This document shows positions 63,032 to 64,000 of a stretch of 64,000 bases of DNA, piece by piece. The stretch is from Phoronis australis (lineage: Eukaryota > Animalia > Phoronida), in contig NMRA01000183.1 of assembly GCA_002633005.1 (NCBI GenBank), positions 215,640 to 279,639 on the forward strand, in the 5' to 3' direction. The stretch's first letter is position 1. Each line of letters starts with the position of its first letter. The translations under genes were made by a program, and so were the position numbers. The notes under the pieces were generated by a model. That model worked only from the letters and a program-made list of their open reading frames with translations. It was not told the DNA's origin and made no database searches.

Positions 63032-63780
63032 TTATTAAGCGCCCACATTTTGATATGAGGACGCATTATGCCATCGTCCATGTTCGTCCGACGTCCGTAC
63101 GGCGTCCGCCCGGAGCCGGTGTCCGCTGCTACATCTCCAAAAACTTTTGACATGTGTTCATGAAATTTTGCACGTGTTCCTTTCAAAGGTGGGACGGCAT
63201 GAGCAACCATTCGGACGGGTCCGACTACCGGTGTGCCCCTTAGTGGCAATTTTAATTTTTTACGTAATACTTCTGTATCTTCAAAGGTCCTCAACGAATT
63301 TCATAAAAATTGGCATACACGCATCTGTTAGTAAGGTGACGCTATCTTTCCGTTTTCGGATGGATTGGAGGTATTTTGCGCCAACTAGTGGCTATTTTTT
63401 ACTGTTTTCAAGAGTGTTTTTGGCGTCCGCCCCTCTATCAACCAAACCGATATAAGAATGATTGTGAAAATTTGCATGTACATGTATGTTGTTACTATAT
63501 AGAAGACGGCTGACGATGATTTTCCGACGACTTCGAGTACTGTGGGGCCTTACACATGTGTAGTGGCACTTTAGTTTTGTTTTGCTGCCATGGCTGTATC
63601 TCCTAAACCCTCTGCAGGATCTTTACTAAATTTAGCAAATGTATTCACATCAAGTTGACAACGGAAGACGACGACTTTCGGACAGATCTGACTACCGGCA
63701 TGCCTCCTTTTTTATTGTGATATTTAAAATGAGGGTGGCCTCTTCAGTGATAGCACTGCTTTCCAAGAGGGCCCTCAACA
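63032..63780 (+). mobile_element. Non-autonomous Helentron-like (HINE/pearl-type) element with internal satellite
   Basis: 5' ttattaagcgccc..ggacgcattat inverted motif, a GTCC-rich tract (63075-63125), four 145-175-bp related units (atctc..aaa..ttcatgaaatttgca), and a 3' hairpin gagggtggcctctt..aagagggccctc. Confidence 0.7.
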
Positions 63781-64000
63781 AGAAAAACAGTAATATAATA
63801 CAATGAAGTAATAAAGCAACAATGAAATATACGTAACAAAGATACAATTAAAACAGTTAAGGTTGATAATTAATACAATAACTAAATGACAAATAATGGT
63901 AAAAAATTAACTAAGACAGATGAAATAAATTAAGAGATGACTCTAGACAATTAAGAGTATTTACGACAATGAAAAAAATGACATGATTAAGACAGGCAGG

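Overview
AT-rich metazoan genomic DNA, with no prokaryotic features. The repeat repertoire suggests a marine invertebrate such as a mollusc or other lophotrochozoan (inference). Four genes are supported: intronless FoxD (13-1158,+; forkhead domain plus eh1 motif); an intronless 351-aa orphan with a hydrophobic N-terminus (37301-38356,-) behind a tight forkhead/CRE site cluster; an intronless ankyrin-repeat gene of ANKRD63/ANKRD34 type (45989-47182,+); and two in-frame exons of a carnosine-synthase-like ATP-grasp ligase (60416-60734, 62271-62429,+) that continues past the window. The rest is a mosaic of mobile DNA: TTAA-targeting Kolobok-type elements (one built from two copies of its own 5' end, with a decayed THAP transposase), MITEs with perfect 5-bp TSDs, long foldback palindromes, a Gypsy pol relic, a Helentron-like element with a satellite core, a Penelope-type minimal hammerhead ribozyme antisense to the ankyrin gene 3' end, and microsatellites. 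The 2.4-kb duplication around the N gap (20441-21134) is probably an assembly artefact. I see no proven new system. The best leads are the symmetric Kolobok derivative, the hammerhead, the orphan gene with its Fox-site promoter, and the divergent ATP-grasp gene. All homology calls come from motif recognition by eye, not database searches.
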